Part shown: piece by piece, positions 25,501-39,377 of the stretch
Layout: each line of letters opens with the position of its first letter
How positions within the stretch are numbered: position 1 is the stretch's first letter
Source of the DNA: Octopus sinensis
Lineage: Eukaryota
Length of the DNA stretch: 64,000 nucleotides
NCBI RefSeq assembly: GCF_006345805.1
Contig: NC_043011.1
Coordinates: 39,382,464 to 39,446,463, forward strand
Direction: 5' to 3'
The notes under the pieces: model-generated
Database searches by the model: none
Seen by the model: the letters and a program-made list of their open reading frames with translations, nothing else
What the model was told of the DNA's origin: nothing
Made by a program: the position numbers and the translations under genes

Positions 25501-28500
25501 CGATCCGCTGGAATCATGTCTCACAAAGCAATCCAGTCATTCCAATGAAAGTTACAAAATCTCATCTGTCACCCAAGCTACAAACCCATGCAGGTCTGCA
25601 AGTGGGACTGAATAGTCTTCTGAGAGGTCATAAGTGGAATGTCAGATATTCCATTGATAACGAGGAAGCTAAGAGACACAGCAATCATCTATGAAGATGT
25701 AGTAATCAGCATATAGATAGATAGACCGGCAGATATGCACACGTGCGCATGCATGCACACGCTGCTAATGGTAAGATCCTGATGGAAATATGTCCATCAC
25801 AGTGATAAATGTTACGTCGGTTTTGAATCTTCATTCTTTTATCTTTTACTTGATTCACTCATTTGATTGTGGCCATACTGGGGCACACCTAGAAGGGTTT
25901 GGTTGAACAAATCAACCCCAGTCCTTTTTTTATTTTTGTTTTTAAATTCTGATGCTTATTATTTTTATAAAGAAACATTTTGAAATTTTAACAAACACAA
26001 TTCTTTAATCTTTTATGTCTTAACTCTCCCTCACTTTCTCTCTCTTTCTCCCTCTGCATTTATGTGAGTGCGTATGTATATATATATATATAAGTGCAGG
26101 AGTGGCTGTATGGTAAGCAGCTTGCTTCCCAGCCACATGGTTCCAGGTTCAGTCCTACAGCTTGGCACCTTGGACAAGTGTCTTCTACTATAGCCTCGGG
26201 CTGACCAAAGCCTTACGAGTGGATTTGGTAGATGGAAAACTGAAAACAAGCCCATCATATATATATATTTATGTGTGTGTGTGTGTCTGTGTTTGTCTTC
26301 CCAGCATTGCTTAACAACTGTTGCTGGTGTGTTTACAGCCCCGTCACCTAGCTGTTCGGCAAAAGAGACCGATAGAATAAGTACTAGGCTAGCAAAGAAT
26401 AAGTCCTGGGGTTGATTTGCTTGACTGAAGGCGGTGCTCCAGCATAGCCACAGTCAAATGGCTGATGCAAATAAAAGAAAAAGAATATATGTGGGATGGA
26501 GGTCTACCAACCACTTTGGGCAGCACTGATTTACTAGCAAAACTATGGCTTCGAAAAGAATTAGGGTTTTCATCTAAAAGAGTCTGTGACAGATTTGAAA
26601 AATTTACCCAAAGCAAACAAAGAATCAGAAGCCGGTATGGTAGCTCTTTGCAGTAAATGCTTGCTTCTAAAGAACTTAGTGAACTCTGCAAAATGCACCT
26701 AAGGACCAGGTGATGGTGTTAAACTAAGTGTCATATTTGGCTTTTACATTATCTCCCTGCACTTCTCTCTCTCTCTCCCTCCTTTCTCTCTCTCTCTCTC
26801 TCTGTCTATCTATTTATCTATCTGTGTATCTGTCTCTCATACATATTCATGAAGTAATAACTTGTTTATTGTATGAATTAACTGACCAGTGTCTCTTGGA
26901 AGTATATTTGCATAAGGCCTGCGTTTCTAGATCATTAGAGATGAATAATTAATTAGGGAGCGTGTATATCTCTGTGCGTTTGTACCGATGTGCGTGTGTG
27001 TGTGTATACATACATGTATATATATGATGTGGCTGTGGGGTTAAGATGTTTTGTTTTTTTTCTCCAACCATGTGGTTCAGGTTCTGTCCCACTGTATGGC
27101 ACCTTGGTCAAGTGGATTCAGTGGATGGAGACTGTGTGGAAACCTGTTGTACTATGTGTGTATGATTCCATCGTATCACCCAAAATAAGCACACATCATC
27201 ATCATTATCAGGTGTTGAGTTTATGCCTGTAAATATATATGTGTGTGTTTGTATATGAATGCACATACTGTCAGGCACATATACAAATACATAAATCAGA
27301 AGAATTATTGTTGTTGCTCTTGACTCTGACAGTGTCTGGCATTGGTAATCTAGCAATTGCTTTTGGTGTCAGAGGAAACCTTTTGAGTTCTGGTTTTATG
27401 GTTTTATGTTCTCTCCAAGGACAAGGGTCACAGTTCAAGTTCTGGTGAACAAATGTCATTGCCTCCTCTTCCTCATCTCTTTTCCTTCTGTTTTTATTGT
27501 ACTTATTCTCCTCCTCCTCATCATCATCATCATCTTCAGCAGATGGCCCTAGTTTCTCTTCCCACTTGGAACTAATTCCCTTTCATTTAGCTTTCTAGAT
27601 TCTTGCCTTTCATTTAGCCTTCTAAAATTATTGAGATTAGTACCAGCCATGCACTCATCATCATCATCATCGTTTAACATCTGCCTTCCATGCTGGCATG
27701 GGTTGGATAGCTTGGCAGGGGTCGGTCAGGCAGAAGCCTGCACTATGCTTCTGTATCTGTTTTGGCACAATTCTTATAGCTGAATGTCCTTCCTAACACC
27801 CACTACTCCAGAGTGGGCTGAGTGCTTTTTACTTAGCAGCACAGGTGAGGTCTTCTTCAGAGATGGTTTTTACAGCTGGATGCCCTTCCAAATGCTAACC
27901 ACTTTACAGTGGCCCCTGCACTTTAAGTAGCACCTGCTCTGACAGGATCACCAAGTAACTTTGCCAGACAAGGAATCTTTGAGAGTGGAGAGGTGACAGA
28001 TGATGAGTGCTTAAAGCAGTGTTTCTCAACTGTTTTACCCTTGCATAACCCTTGAAATAAATTACTTGTCTCAAGGAACCCCTGCACTATAAAATTTTAT
28101 ACCATATCTTTCTCATATTTTTCCATCATAGTTCACATGGTATGTATAATAATAATAATCCTTTCTACTAAAGGCATTAAGCCTGGACTTTTGTGTGGTG
28201 GGGCACAGTCAATTGCATCGACCCCAATACTCGAATGGTACTTTATTGACCCCGAAAGGATGAAAGGCGAAGTCGACCTCGGAGGGATTTGAACCCAGAG
28301 TGTAGTGACTGGTGAAATATCACAAAGTATTTCGTCCAGCGTACTAACAATTCTGCCAGCTCGCTGCATTCAGTGATAGTAATAATAATAGTAATGATCT
28401 TTTCTACTCTAGGTACAAGGCCCGAATTTGGGGGAGAAGGGGCAGTCAATTAGATCGACCCCAGCATGCAACAGATACTTAATTTATCAACCCCCAAAAG

Positions 28501-30269
28501 GATGAAAGGCAAAGTCGACCTTGGCAGAATTTGAACCCAGAATGTAAACACAGATGAAATACCTATTTCTTTACTACCCACAAGGGGCTAAACACAGAGA
28601 GGACAAACAAGGACAGACAAACAGATTAAGTCGATTATATTGACCCCAGTGCATAACTGGTACTTATTTAATCGACCCTGAAAGGATGAAAGGCAAAGTC
28701 GACCTCGGCGGAATTTGAACTCAGAAAGTAACGGCAGACGAAATACGGCTACGCATTTCGCTAATGATTTTTCTAGCTCGCCACATTATAATAATAGTAA
28801 TAATAATAATGATAATAATTATCGTTGTTATTATCATTATGCGGGGCTTTTTTCTTTACTTTGAGCGTTTCAATGCTTCTAAATAGAAATTACTTGCAAA
28901 AACCAATAAGACAGGAAGTGGATGCAAATGACCGCTTGTGAATGTGTGTGAGCAAATCAATATCTATGAGTTTGTGGTGTACGTCAGTGTCTTGTGAGTG
29001 TGTGTATGTGTGAATGAATACCCATATTGTGTAAATGTCCCTGAATGTGTGTGTATGTGGGGCGGGGGGGCATCGTTGTTTAGTGACATGTTTTTTTGTT
29101 CTTTTTTTGTGTGATCTTTACGTATCTGTATATGTATATATAAATTATATAAACATATATACATATACATACAGACACTCATCTATACATAGACATACAT
29201 GCGCATACATATATGTATGTGTGTGTGTGTATGTATGAATATATATATATGCATGCATATAATATATGTATGTATTCATGTCTATATGTGTGTGTGTATA
29301 GATGTATATATGTTTATACGTGAGTGCAAATGAATATGGGTATGTATGCATGTGTTCTTGTATATATATTTATATATATATATACATATATATGTATGGA
29401 AGCTTATACATGTGTGTGTATGTGTATACACACACACAAACATATCCACATAGATAGTTATTATCATTGGGGTCTTATTCACTTAGTGCAAATAAGTACC
29501 TAAGTGTTACTACTTATTGTTCTTTTTCTCTGCTATTGATCTGATGTTGCTGTTGTTGTTGTTGTCCACACTATTGCAGTTACTGCTCTTTTAGTGCCTT
29601 TTGTTGTTCTTCTTGTCATACTTGCTACATTGTCGATTAGTTCTGGTTTGTCATCCTTATTGAACCTAACCTAACCTATAACACACGGCACAGGCTAAAA
29701 AAATCCATAATCTTAGGTAACTCATATTCGTATCTGTGTGCAGCAGTCAGTCCACAGGAGAGGTCACAGGAGAGTGTTATATGCATTATACTGTGTAACA
29801 AAGTTTTCATTTCTTTTTATCTTTGGTAAGTGAGTGTTTTTCCCTGGTTGCTTCTATCAAAGGAAATGACAACTATTCTCTTCAAACTTTGCTTTTGCAA
29901 ACTGGATATCAATGTTTTGAAACTCATCTATTTTCCATTACATTTCACACAGATTCTGCACTGAGTTGCTGAAGCAGAAATATCGTTATAGCAAATATTC
30001 TGCTCAATAGCACAGATTTTCTTGTCAGTTGATTGACCATAACCAGTTGAGCTTGTCCCTTAGTGGCTGACGATATGTGCATCTCTGATCATGAGCAGAA
30101 GTAGTGGGGGAGCATCGTAGCCATGTGTAGAGAGGGATTCTTTGGGATTTAAATGAATGTAACAAAGGCAAAGTTTTAAGGAAATATTAGCCATTTTTCA
30201 TATTTTCTAGATATAAGGAAATAGGAAATAGCTGTTGCTACCCAAGGACAAAAATCATCATTGTTTTAA

Positions 30270-30489
30270 CCCTTTCATTACTGTATTTATTTTGAGATGC
30301 TCTGCATTTCTTTCAATTACTTTAAATATAACAAAGAATTTAATAAAATAACTTAGTTATTATTCAGCTAGTGTTAGGAACATAAATTTTGACTAAGGTT
30401 TGGGGTAAGATTTTAATTCAAAACTTATGGAAACAAGATATTTGTACTCAGAGCCAGAGCAGGTTTTAGCCAGGTTGGTAACAAAAGGG
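30270..30489. mobile_element. TTAA-specific MITE (second family)
   Basis: TTAA-CCCTTTCATTAC ... GTAACAAAAGGG-TTAA. Related copies at 49132-49581 (SINE-interrupted), about 13320-13500 and 39560-39970. Confidence 0.75.
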
Positions 30490-33159
30490 TTAATGTCCAA
30501 TTTTCCGTATTTGCCCAGGTGAGATGAAATTCACCAAGGCAGATAAGACAGATTTTTCTATGGCTGGGAGCTATTCCTGTCACCAGCCCTCACCTGTTTC
30601 CATAGAATATTGGAAATGAAGGACACTGCTTGTATGATGATGATGCTTGTTTACAGCTATCGCTTGATGTTAAGGCAAGGACGCAAGCACAAACACAGAC
30701 ACGTGCATATACATATTTGGTCATATACACGTTAACATGCACATACTATGGACTTCTTTCAACTTGCAACTGTGAGACCCACTTGCAAGGTCCCAGCTAG
30801 CCTTTGGTTGGCCCAAGGCTATAGTAGAAGATACTTGCCCAAGGTGCCACGCAGTGGGACTGAACCTGGAACCATGTGGTTGGTAAGCAAGCTTTTTACC
30901 ACACAGCCACTCCTGCGCCTGTTTGTGAGTGTGTATATATATGTATGTGTGTTATGTCTGAAAAAACTGGAAATCATTTAAATTAGATCAAGGCTATATC
31001 TCTTTTTTTTTACTTGTTTCAGTCATTTTGACTGCGGCCATGCTGGAGCACCGCCTTTAATCGAGCAACTTGACTCCGGAACTTATTCTTTGTATGCCCA
31101 GTACTTATTCTATCAGTCTCTTTTGCTGAACTGCTAAGTGACGGGGACATAAACACAACAGCATCGGTTGTCTAGCAATGCTAGGGGGACAAACACAGAC
31201 ACACAAACATACACGCACATACATATATATACATATATACGACAGGCTTCTTTCAGTTTCCGTCTACCAAATCCACTCACAAGGCTTTGGTCGGCCCGAG
31301 GCTATAGTAGAAGACACTTGCCCAAGGTGCCACGCAGTGGGACTGAACCCGGAACCATGTGGTTGGTAAACAAGCTACTTACCACGCAGCCACTCCTGCG
31401 CCTATGTATATGTATATATATACACTTATATTCTTTCATTAGCTCAGCATGTTTTTCCATGCTAGCATGGGTTGTATGAGATTATTTGAGGTAGGATTTT
31501 ACAGCCAGTCATAGTACATCTAGAACTACATAATCCAGTGTTTATACCTCTTTCTCTTTCTAAAACAGTTGCAAGTGGTGGGGGGAGGGAGAGATTAGTC
31601 TACTATTTCAGGCATGTCATGTGACTATATCAAACAGACACCCACCCCCACCTCCCCTCGCAGTGTCTGAGAAGAGGTGGGGCTGGAGTTGAAGAAAAAC
31701 TTTGATGGATAGGTCAGCATGGCCCATTGCTGTGTCATCACCACTGCTGCCACCACCATTGTCATCAGTGCATTGGTGTCCTTGGTGGTTTCTTTTTTCC
31801 TTTGTCGTTTTTAATTAATTGATTGCTTGATTGCTGTTGCAAATGTGTGTGTATGTATGTATGTGTGTGTGTATGTGTGTGTGCAGATGCTGCAATATGT
31901 GAAGTGATGTAAAGCAACTCAACCAAAACAACCAACTTTCTGGGTGCAAAGGCTTGCCAATTCCCCTACATGCTTTTGAGGGAATGGGTCCAGGGATGAC
32001 AATGATTGTGGTAGTGACGTCTTTGATGATGGTGTTGGTGGTGGTGGTGGTGATGATAATGACAACAACAGTGATGATGGCAGTAATGGTGGATCAGTGG
32101 CGCTGTTCCAAGTGCTAGTAGGATCGGCTGATGGTATGATGGTGGTGGGGAGGGACTTCAAGCTTTGACTTGTGTTGATAATAGTGAGAGGCGAAAGTGG
32201 TCCATATCTATGGTGACAATTACAGCAGAGGCTGTGGTAGTAATAGTGATGGTATTGTTACTGCTGATGATGATGATGATGATGATGTGGAAGAGAAGGA
32301 GGTAGTATAGAGAATGGAGTTGACTAATTCATTTCTGACCACCACCACCACTACTACTGCTACTGCTACCAATTTCTACTACTATCACCACTTCTAATAC
32401 TGCTGCCACCACTACCTCACTGCTACTCCTCTTACTACTACCGCTACCAACACCAATTTTTACTGCCACCACTTCTACTACTACTACCACCACCACCAGT
32501 ACCACTTCTACTGCTGCAGGAGGGTTTTCCAACCTTTCTGTCTACAGCTGACTTTGTCCAAGAGTTTGACTTTTCCATCTCCAAGAGTTTCACAGACTCC
32601 GAATTAGAAGGGGTTTTCACTTGATGAAAATAGAATATTTCCGAAACCGTTTGAGATAACAGTTCTGTACACCCTACGAAGGCCATCGCAACATCACCAC
32701 CACAACAACAACGCTCCCTTCAGAACTACCAAAATCGCCGCTGCCGCCATCATCTTTGCTGCCACCACCACTACCATCCCTACCGCTGCCAGTATTGCTT
32801 TCAGAATCACCAAAACCCAATTTCCCCATTGTTTTCCTCCACTTGAGTGGGGTGGGCAAAGGGCCCAGGGACAAAATAGAGAGTCAGTCAATCAAGATCT
32901 GCAGTTGGTTTATTGAAATTTTTATTCATGTCGACAGTTTTTCTTCTTCTTCTTCTTCTTCTTCTTCTTCTTCTTTTTCTTCTTCTTCTTCTTCTATCTT
33001 CGCTTCCATTCCACACTCTGTGGCTCCTTGCATGCAACCACCAACATGCAAACTTGCAAATACACATGCATACACACACTTACATACACTCACATGCACA
33101 CACACACACACACACGCACACACCTATCTTGTTTAATTTCACTTCTCTTGTGTTCTTCA

Positions 33160-34110
33160 TATCTGATCTGTCTACTTTTTCTGCCCCCTCTTTTTCTCTC
33201 TCCCTCTCTCTCTCGCTCACTTCATCTTCATCTGTTTCTCTGCCCATTGCTCTCTCTATCCCCTCTTCTATGTTTCCATGCACCCCCTCTCTCCATCTTC
33301 TCATTTTTCTCTGCTCTTATCTCTTTCTCTCGTTCCTTCCCCCTTGCTTCCATGCCCTTCTCTCTTTCTCTCTCGTTTCTATGCCCCCCTTCTCTCTCAT
33401 CATTTCTCTACTCATACTTCCTCTCTTCCTCCTTACCTGTCTCTACTCTCTCTTTTCTCACTCCTCTCTCCTCATCTCTCACACTCCTTCCTCATATCAC
33501 CCACTTCCTTTTCCTCCGTTGCTTCTGGCCTTTCTACTAAGAACAGACATCTCTCTTTTTCTATCCACTTTGTCTCCCCTCCAAGACAATAAATACTACA
33601 GACCAGACCCAACCAGATCCAACCAAACCTGACCAGACAGAAACCAAGAAAGTAGCCATGCCAATTTTTCATCAGCGTAATGGATAAAAAGAAGTCATTT
33701 ATTTTCTTTTTCTATTTTTCATTTACTAATTGTTATTGATAATTAATACTTAATTAGTTTGGTGGGCTTTTGTATTCCCCCCACCCCCTCATTTGTTCTA
33801 CTCCTTCGTATCATTCTGCCATCTCTCTCTCTCTCTCATTTTCCTGTCCACTTACTCTTGTTCTCTCCTCCCCCTACCTTTTCTATTTCTTTCCATCTAT
33901 TAGAACTTCTTGCTCTCTTCTCTTCTATCTCCCCATCTCTCCTCTTCTATCTCCCCATCTCTCCTCTCTCTCTCCATCTATCCCCTCTCTCCTGGTCCGG
34001 TCTCTCCTCTCCCGATTTCTCCTCTCTCTCTCCCCCTATCCTCTCTCCCATCTCTCCTCTCCCCCTCTCTTTCTTTCCTCTTCCCTCAACCCCTTCCTCC
34101 ACTGTCTCAT
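33160..34110. repeat. Polypyrimidine (CT-rich) low-complexity tract
   Basis: About 950 bp dominated by C and T on the + strand; source of several spurious Leu/Ser/Pro ORFs. Confidence 0.85.
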
Positions 34111-34463
34111 CATTACAGTATCATTATACCAACATTCGTGACAAAATAAATCACATGACGAGAGAAGAATTCAGTCATCAACAACAACAACAACACTTAT
34201 AATATTAATGATGATTTCAAATTTTTGTCCCAAGGCCAGTTATTTCAGAGGAGAGGATAAGTTGATTACATCGACCTCAGTATTCAACTGGTATTTATTT
34301 TATCAACCCCCTAAAGGATGAAAGGCAAAGCTGACCTTGACGGAAATTGATCTCAGAACATAAAGACAAATAAAATGCCACTTAGCATTTTGCCTGGCAT
34401 GTTAACAGTTCTGCCAGTTCGCTGCTTTAATAATAATAATAAGAAGAAGAACAACAACAACAA

Positions 34464-34818
34464 CAAGAGCACTCAGAGAGCGCAAACATCCGCCAAGGCA
34501 ACACCAACATCCTCTCAACGATTAGCTGGAGATGATTTTTAAAATGAGAATATCTGAAATAAACCTGACTGCTCTCACAAATGAGAATACTAAAAATGAA
34601 CCTGACCACTCTCAAAAATAAAAAAAAAAAGCAGGAAAAATAATCCAGAATCCTTGTCCGGTACCGGATTGATCCCAGAGTCTAATCAGTTTGTGCTTGT
34701 CACGAGGTGAAACATAGCTGAAAGTTTCATCTGAATCCCTCCAGTTGTTATCGAGATATCTTATCCACAGACAAAAAAAACAAACCAACAACCTCTGCCT
34801 TCGCTAAAGTGGAGGTAA
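34464..34818 (-). mobile_element. Second copy of the Helitron/Helentron-like element
   Basis: Collinear with 6867-7238 along its length. Confidence 0.6.
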
Positions 34819-36539
34819 TAATCCTTTCTACTGGAGGCACAAAGCCTCAGATTTCTGGGGATGGGACTAGTTGATTACATCGACCCCACCCCCCACGTCT
34901 GACTGGTACTTAATTTATCGACAGTGAAAGGATGAAAGGTAAAGTCAACCCTGACGGAATTTGAACTCAGAAGAACGGTACAGCTATTCTTAGTTTGCTT
35001 GGGGAAAATCGGTGTGTGGGGGGGGTTATTTTCTTCTTTCCCTTTTTTGGTTTTTCTTTTACTTGTTTCAGTCATTTGACTGCGGCCATGCTGGAGCACT
35101 ACCTTTAGTTGAACACACACACACATATATACGACGGACGTCTTTCAGTTTCCATCTACCACATCCTCTCACAAGGCTTTGGTCAGCTTGAGACTATAGT
35201 AGAAGACATTTACCAAAGGTGCGACGCAGTGGGACTGAACCTGGAACCATGTGGTTGGGAAGCAAGCTTCTTACCACACAGCCACTCTCCTGCATCTTAC
35301 TTATTTTTTAATTTCAATATTTCTGGTTACGAAGAAACCCAATCCTTACATCAAACATGTGACCACATAGCAGTCATGGAGAGTGATGTAAGGCTTGGAG
35401 TTGATACATTTTCCATCCTTGTTGTTCGTTTGTCCTCATTATTTCTGCGACATTCCTTCCCAAAAAACAATTTAGCTGCTGTTCATTCATTCTACTTTAT
35501 ACATTCTTGTATTTAATAAACTTGCACCCAATTCTATTATAAACAGTGATTGTCCGTTCGTTTTAAGTTTTTATTTGTCTTTTTGGGGGTTTTGCTTTTT
35601 GTTTTGTTGCCCATGCTTGCATGGGGGTGGACAAATATTTATTTGAGGCATTCTTTTACACACAGATGTCTTTCTTAATGCTAATCCTTACATTCCCTCT
35701 TTTTTACCTCATGTGAGGGTTCTCTTATTCTACACGACCTCAAAGCCACCGAGTGTGCAAATGACAATATTGCCCGCTGCATTTTTGTGCAAGCAATTGC
35801 AGATGTAACATTCACACACACACACACACACAAAAGAATAATAAGAGAACAGTCAACTTAATATGGGGAGTGGGAAATCCAACATTCCAGACAGTCCTTC
35901 AAGTCAGCAGGAGAAACGATAAAGAGAGACAGCAGATTTTACATTTTCTCTCTCTCTCTCTGGGCTTATGTCGAACACCTGCTGTTGCATTCGAGAAGAG
36001 TACAACTGTCGAGCGAATCTGTAATTAAGATCGTTCCGCCGATCTCCCTGAATAGGGAGGAGCGAGCCTGTTTTCTCTCGGTAGTTGCAGTGGCGAAAGA
36101 AGTAATATGGAAGATGGGAGTGAGAGGAATTGCAACAGGCATGTTCATCTCCAGTCTCGGGCTCATCGACTTTTTCGTTTTCCACATGAAACGAAAAATA
36201 AGGCTGGAGAAGAAATGCCTGTCACAAAGTGTGTTTCGTAAAAGATGGAAGTCTATAGCAAGTATGTTGCGAGTGAGAGGACCTGTTTAATCGAGAATGT
36301 AAAAAAAGGAGAAAGCAAAGTCTTCAGTGTGAGTATGTGGTTTGTGGGGTCAACCATGTCCTCCGCTTCATTTTTTGTTAATCACTCATTCTCATTTAAT
36401 TGTATATATTTTAATTGTTTGTTTATTCGATACCCTGACCCCAACGTTTGTTTTGTCTGTCCCCGTATTGTCCCCTCTTTTTCTCAACCTTATGGTGAAT
36501 AAAGAAATACTCTCTCTCTCTCTCAGTTGGAGAGATCAT

Positions 36540-36850
36540 ATAACCTACAGAGAGCTATACCAAAGCCTGCCTTGACTGTCTGACACCATCCAGCAGAGAA
36601 GATTATGTTTTGCTGGCCATTGCGACAGAGCTAGGGACCGAGAGTTTTATAAGTTTTTAGTTTTGGTCACCATTGGGAAACGACCGAGGCAGAGGAGCAG
36701 GAATGGAGATCTTACCAAAAATGCTCAGAAATGATACTGGCATGAACTCTGATTCTGAAGTCGTGGTCTTGATGGGGGACAAGGACAGTTGGAAGCAGAG
36801 AGTGAAGGGTGTTATAGTTTCATCCATGGAGGACAGTTGGTGATGATGTT
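36540..36850 (+). mobile_element. Degenerate RTE-type LINE 3' fragment
   Basis: Frameshifted FAGHCDRARDRE ... MLRNDTGMNSDSEVVVLMGDKDSWKQRVKGV, followed by a (TGA)n tail. Confidence 0.65.
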
Positions 36851-37210
36851 AGACACCTACACAAAACCACTATGGTCTTCTTTCGGTGTCCATCTACAAA
36901 ATCCACCTGCAAGTCTTTGGTTGGCCCAACTTATATTAGAAAACCCTTACCCAGTGTGGTGCACAGTGAGACTGAACCTAAAGTCCCCTGATTGGGAAGC
37001 AACACACCCAACTGCAAGGCATGCCTTTACCAAAAAAAAACTATCCATTCTGTCTTATTTGTGGGTTTACTAAAGAAACATTACTAGTTCTGTTGTATAC
37101 TCTTGCAAAAAAAAAACCCATTAATTTAGCTATGGACCCTGATGTATTTATTAAACTCGAAGAATTTCACTGCTGTAACTCATTATCATCTTCATTTCTC
37201 TCTCTTGTAG

Positions 37211-37305
37211 ATGTTCAAAGAAAAAGCCATAGACGTCGGAAACAAACTGCTCCCAGCATTTGATACCCCAACTGGTATACCCCAGTCCATGATCAACCTT
37301 AAAAC
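37211..37305 (+). CDS. MAN1A: Internal exon (95 nt, phase 0 to 2) of Golgi mannosyl-oligosaccharide 1,2-alpha-mannosidase, GH47 family
   Basis: Acceptor tctcttgtag, donor gtaagt. Translates MFKEKAIDVGNKLLPAFDTPTGIPQSMINLK(T), matching MAN1A1 [32 protein letters not shown] as recalled. Confidence 0.93.
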
Positions 37306-37893
37306 GTAAGTACTTTGTGTTGTTTATATTTATTTACGGTTCTATATTTAAGAGACGAGGAATTGTTTACATTTGATGAATATTTGATAGAGAGACAGCA
37401 GTAGATGACTTGCTGTAGAGGAGGCCATGCTGGGGCACTGCCTTGAAGAATTTTCAGTCAAACTAATCGACCCCAGTACTTGTGTTTATTTTTTAAGCCT
37501 GGTACTTATTCTATCGGTCTCTGTTACTGAACTTCTAAGTTACAGGGATGTAAACACACCAAAACCAGTTGTTAAGCAGTGGTCAAACAAAGACACACAC
37601 TCATATTTATATGGTGGGCTTCTTTCAGTTTCCATCTACCAAATCCACTCCCGAAGCTTTAGTCAGCCCGAGACTATAGTAGAAGACACTTGCCCAAGAT
37701 GCCGCAGAGTGGAACTGAACCCGGAACCATTTGGTTGGGAAGCAAGCTTCTTACATTATTTACATTCGACGGATATTTGTCCTCATCTTGTTTGTTACAT
37801 ATCCGTTGAATGTAAATAATGTACGTAATTGCTCATCTCTTAAATATAGAACTGCAAGCTTCTTAGCACACAGCCACTGTGTATTAGCTGGAT

Positions 37894-38280
37894 GATGGAA
37901 GCACTCCATCGGTTACGACGACGAGGGTTCCGGTTGATCCGAATCAACGGAACAGCCTGCTCGTGAAATTAACGTGTAAGTGGCTGAGCACTCCACAGAC
38001 ACGTGTACCCTTAACGTAGTTCTCGGGGATATTCAGCATGACACATAGAGTGACAAGGCCGGCCCTTTGAAATACAGGTACAACAGAAACAGGAAGTAAG
38101 AGTGAGAAAAAGTTGTGGTGAAAGAGTACAGCAGGGATCACCACCATCCCCTGCCGGAGCCTCGTGGAGCTTTAGGTGTTTTCGCTCAATAAACACTCAC
38201 AACGCCCGGTCTGGGAATCGAAACCGCGATCCTATGACCGCGAGTCCGCTGCCCTAACCACTGAGCCATTGCGCCTCCAC
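37894..38280 (-). mobile_element. Young full-length tRNA-derived SINE
   Basis: A and B boxes (TGGCTCAGTGG, GGTTTCGATTCC), CpG-rich, 11-bp duplication ATTAGCTGGAT at 37883-37893 and 38281-38291. Confidence 0.88.
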
Positions 38281-38514
38281 ATTAGCTGGATAGACAGATA
38301 GAGATGCAGGTATGGCTGTGTAGTTAAGGAACTTGTTTTCCAAACCATTTGGTTTTCCACTCAGCCCCAATGCACAGCACCTTGGGTATGTCTTCTTCAA
38401 AAGCTTGGGCTGGCCAAAGCCTTTTAAGGGGATTAGGTAAATAAAAACTGGGAGGCATTTATCATGTGTTTGTTTGCATTTGCGCTTCTCCAAAAATCAC
38501 CAGTTCCGAGAGAT

Positions 38515-38878
38515 GTTAGTTAGTTAGTTAGTTAATTTGGTTCAAAAGCAAATAGCAAGGCCATGTAGGGGGACATGGAGTTAAGAACAGGGTGGTGTTC
38601 ATGTAAAGAGTTCAGGCCACTTGAGGTCCAGGGAGGCTTTGAACAAAGCGGTCGTCGGCATCTTCACCATCTCGTCTGGCAGCTTGTTCCACGGATCCGC
38701 AACCCGGACGGAGAAAGCTCCTCTCCTTCGATTGAGATGAAATCGTCGCAGGTAGAGCTTTTCGGAATGACCCCGCAGCCGACGCTCCGGAGCAGGAGTG
38801 AAGAACAGCTCTTTCGAGAAGTTACACTTCCCGCTTATGATGTTGTGGGCGAGAATGAGATCACCACGGCGGCGGCGT
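38515..38878 (-). mobile_element. Young 5'-truncated CR1 LINE
   Basis: Uninterrupted RRRRGDLILAHNIISGKCNFSKELFFTPAPERRLRGHSEKLYLRRFHLNRRRGAFSVRVADPWNKLPDEMVKMPTTALFKASLDLKWPELFT*, short 3' UTR, (AACT)n tail, CpG-rich. Confidence 0.9.
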
Positions 38879-39343
38879 GATGATGTTTTTAATCTCCATT
38901 GTCAACCAAACACCTACTGGGTTTGTGTATTCGAAAGCGCGTAAAATAAGAGATCCTGTGCTTGGAAATACAGAAATGGGTTAACAATAAAGAAGGGTAT
39001 CCAAGCAGGAAAAAAAAAAAGGAAAACAATACCTTGATAATATATTTGATTAACTTGTGTTTTAACAGGGGAAACAAATGAACGTAAAAATGAACAAACG
39101 TGCGTGCATGCGCTTGTGCGCATTGTCTGCAAAATATATTCTTGTCAAGTGGCAGGCAAAAGGCACTTTACTCTTGAATCACTTTCTGCTGATTAAAAAT
39201 ACAAAACTGTGTGTATATGTGCATGTGTGTGTATGCATTTATATTTGTGTGTATGTATATGTGTATGCATGTATAAGTGTATACGTATATGTTTGTGTGT
39301 GTGTATGTGCGCGTGTATATATATATATATATATATATATAAA

Positions 39344-39377
<34 letters not shown>

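Noticed and set aside
29660-29680. (CCTAA)3 telomere-like motif
   Set aside because: Only about three units, and the molluscan telomere repeat is TTAGGG; likely chance or a transposon remnant.
29815-29835. Strong donor-like G/GTAAGT as a possible end of the missing upstream exon
   Set aside because: The upstream sequence does not encode the GH47 motif in any frame and has no matching acceptor.
32913-34202. Leu/Ser/Pro-rich ORFs resembling membrane proteins
   Set aside because: Products of the CT-rich low-complexity tract.
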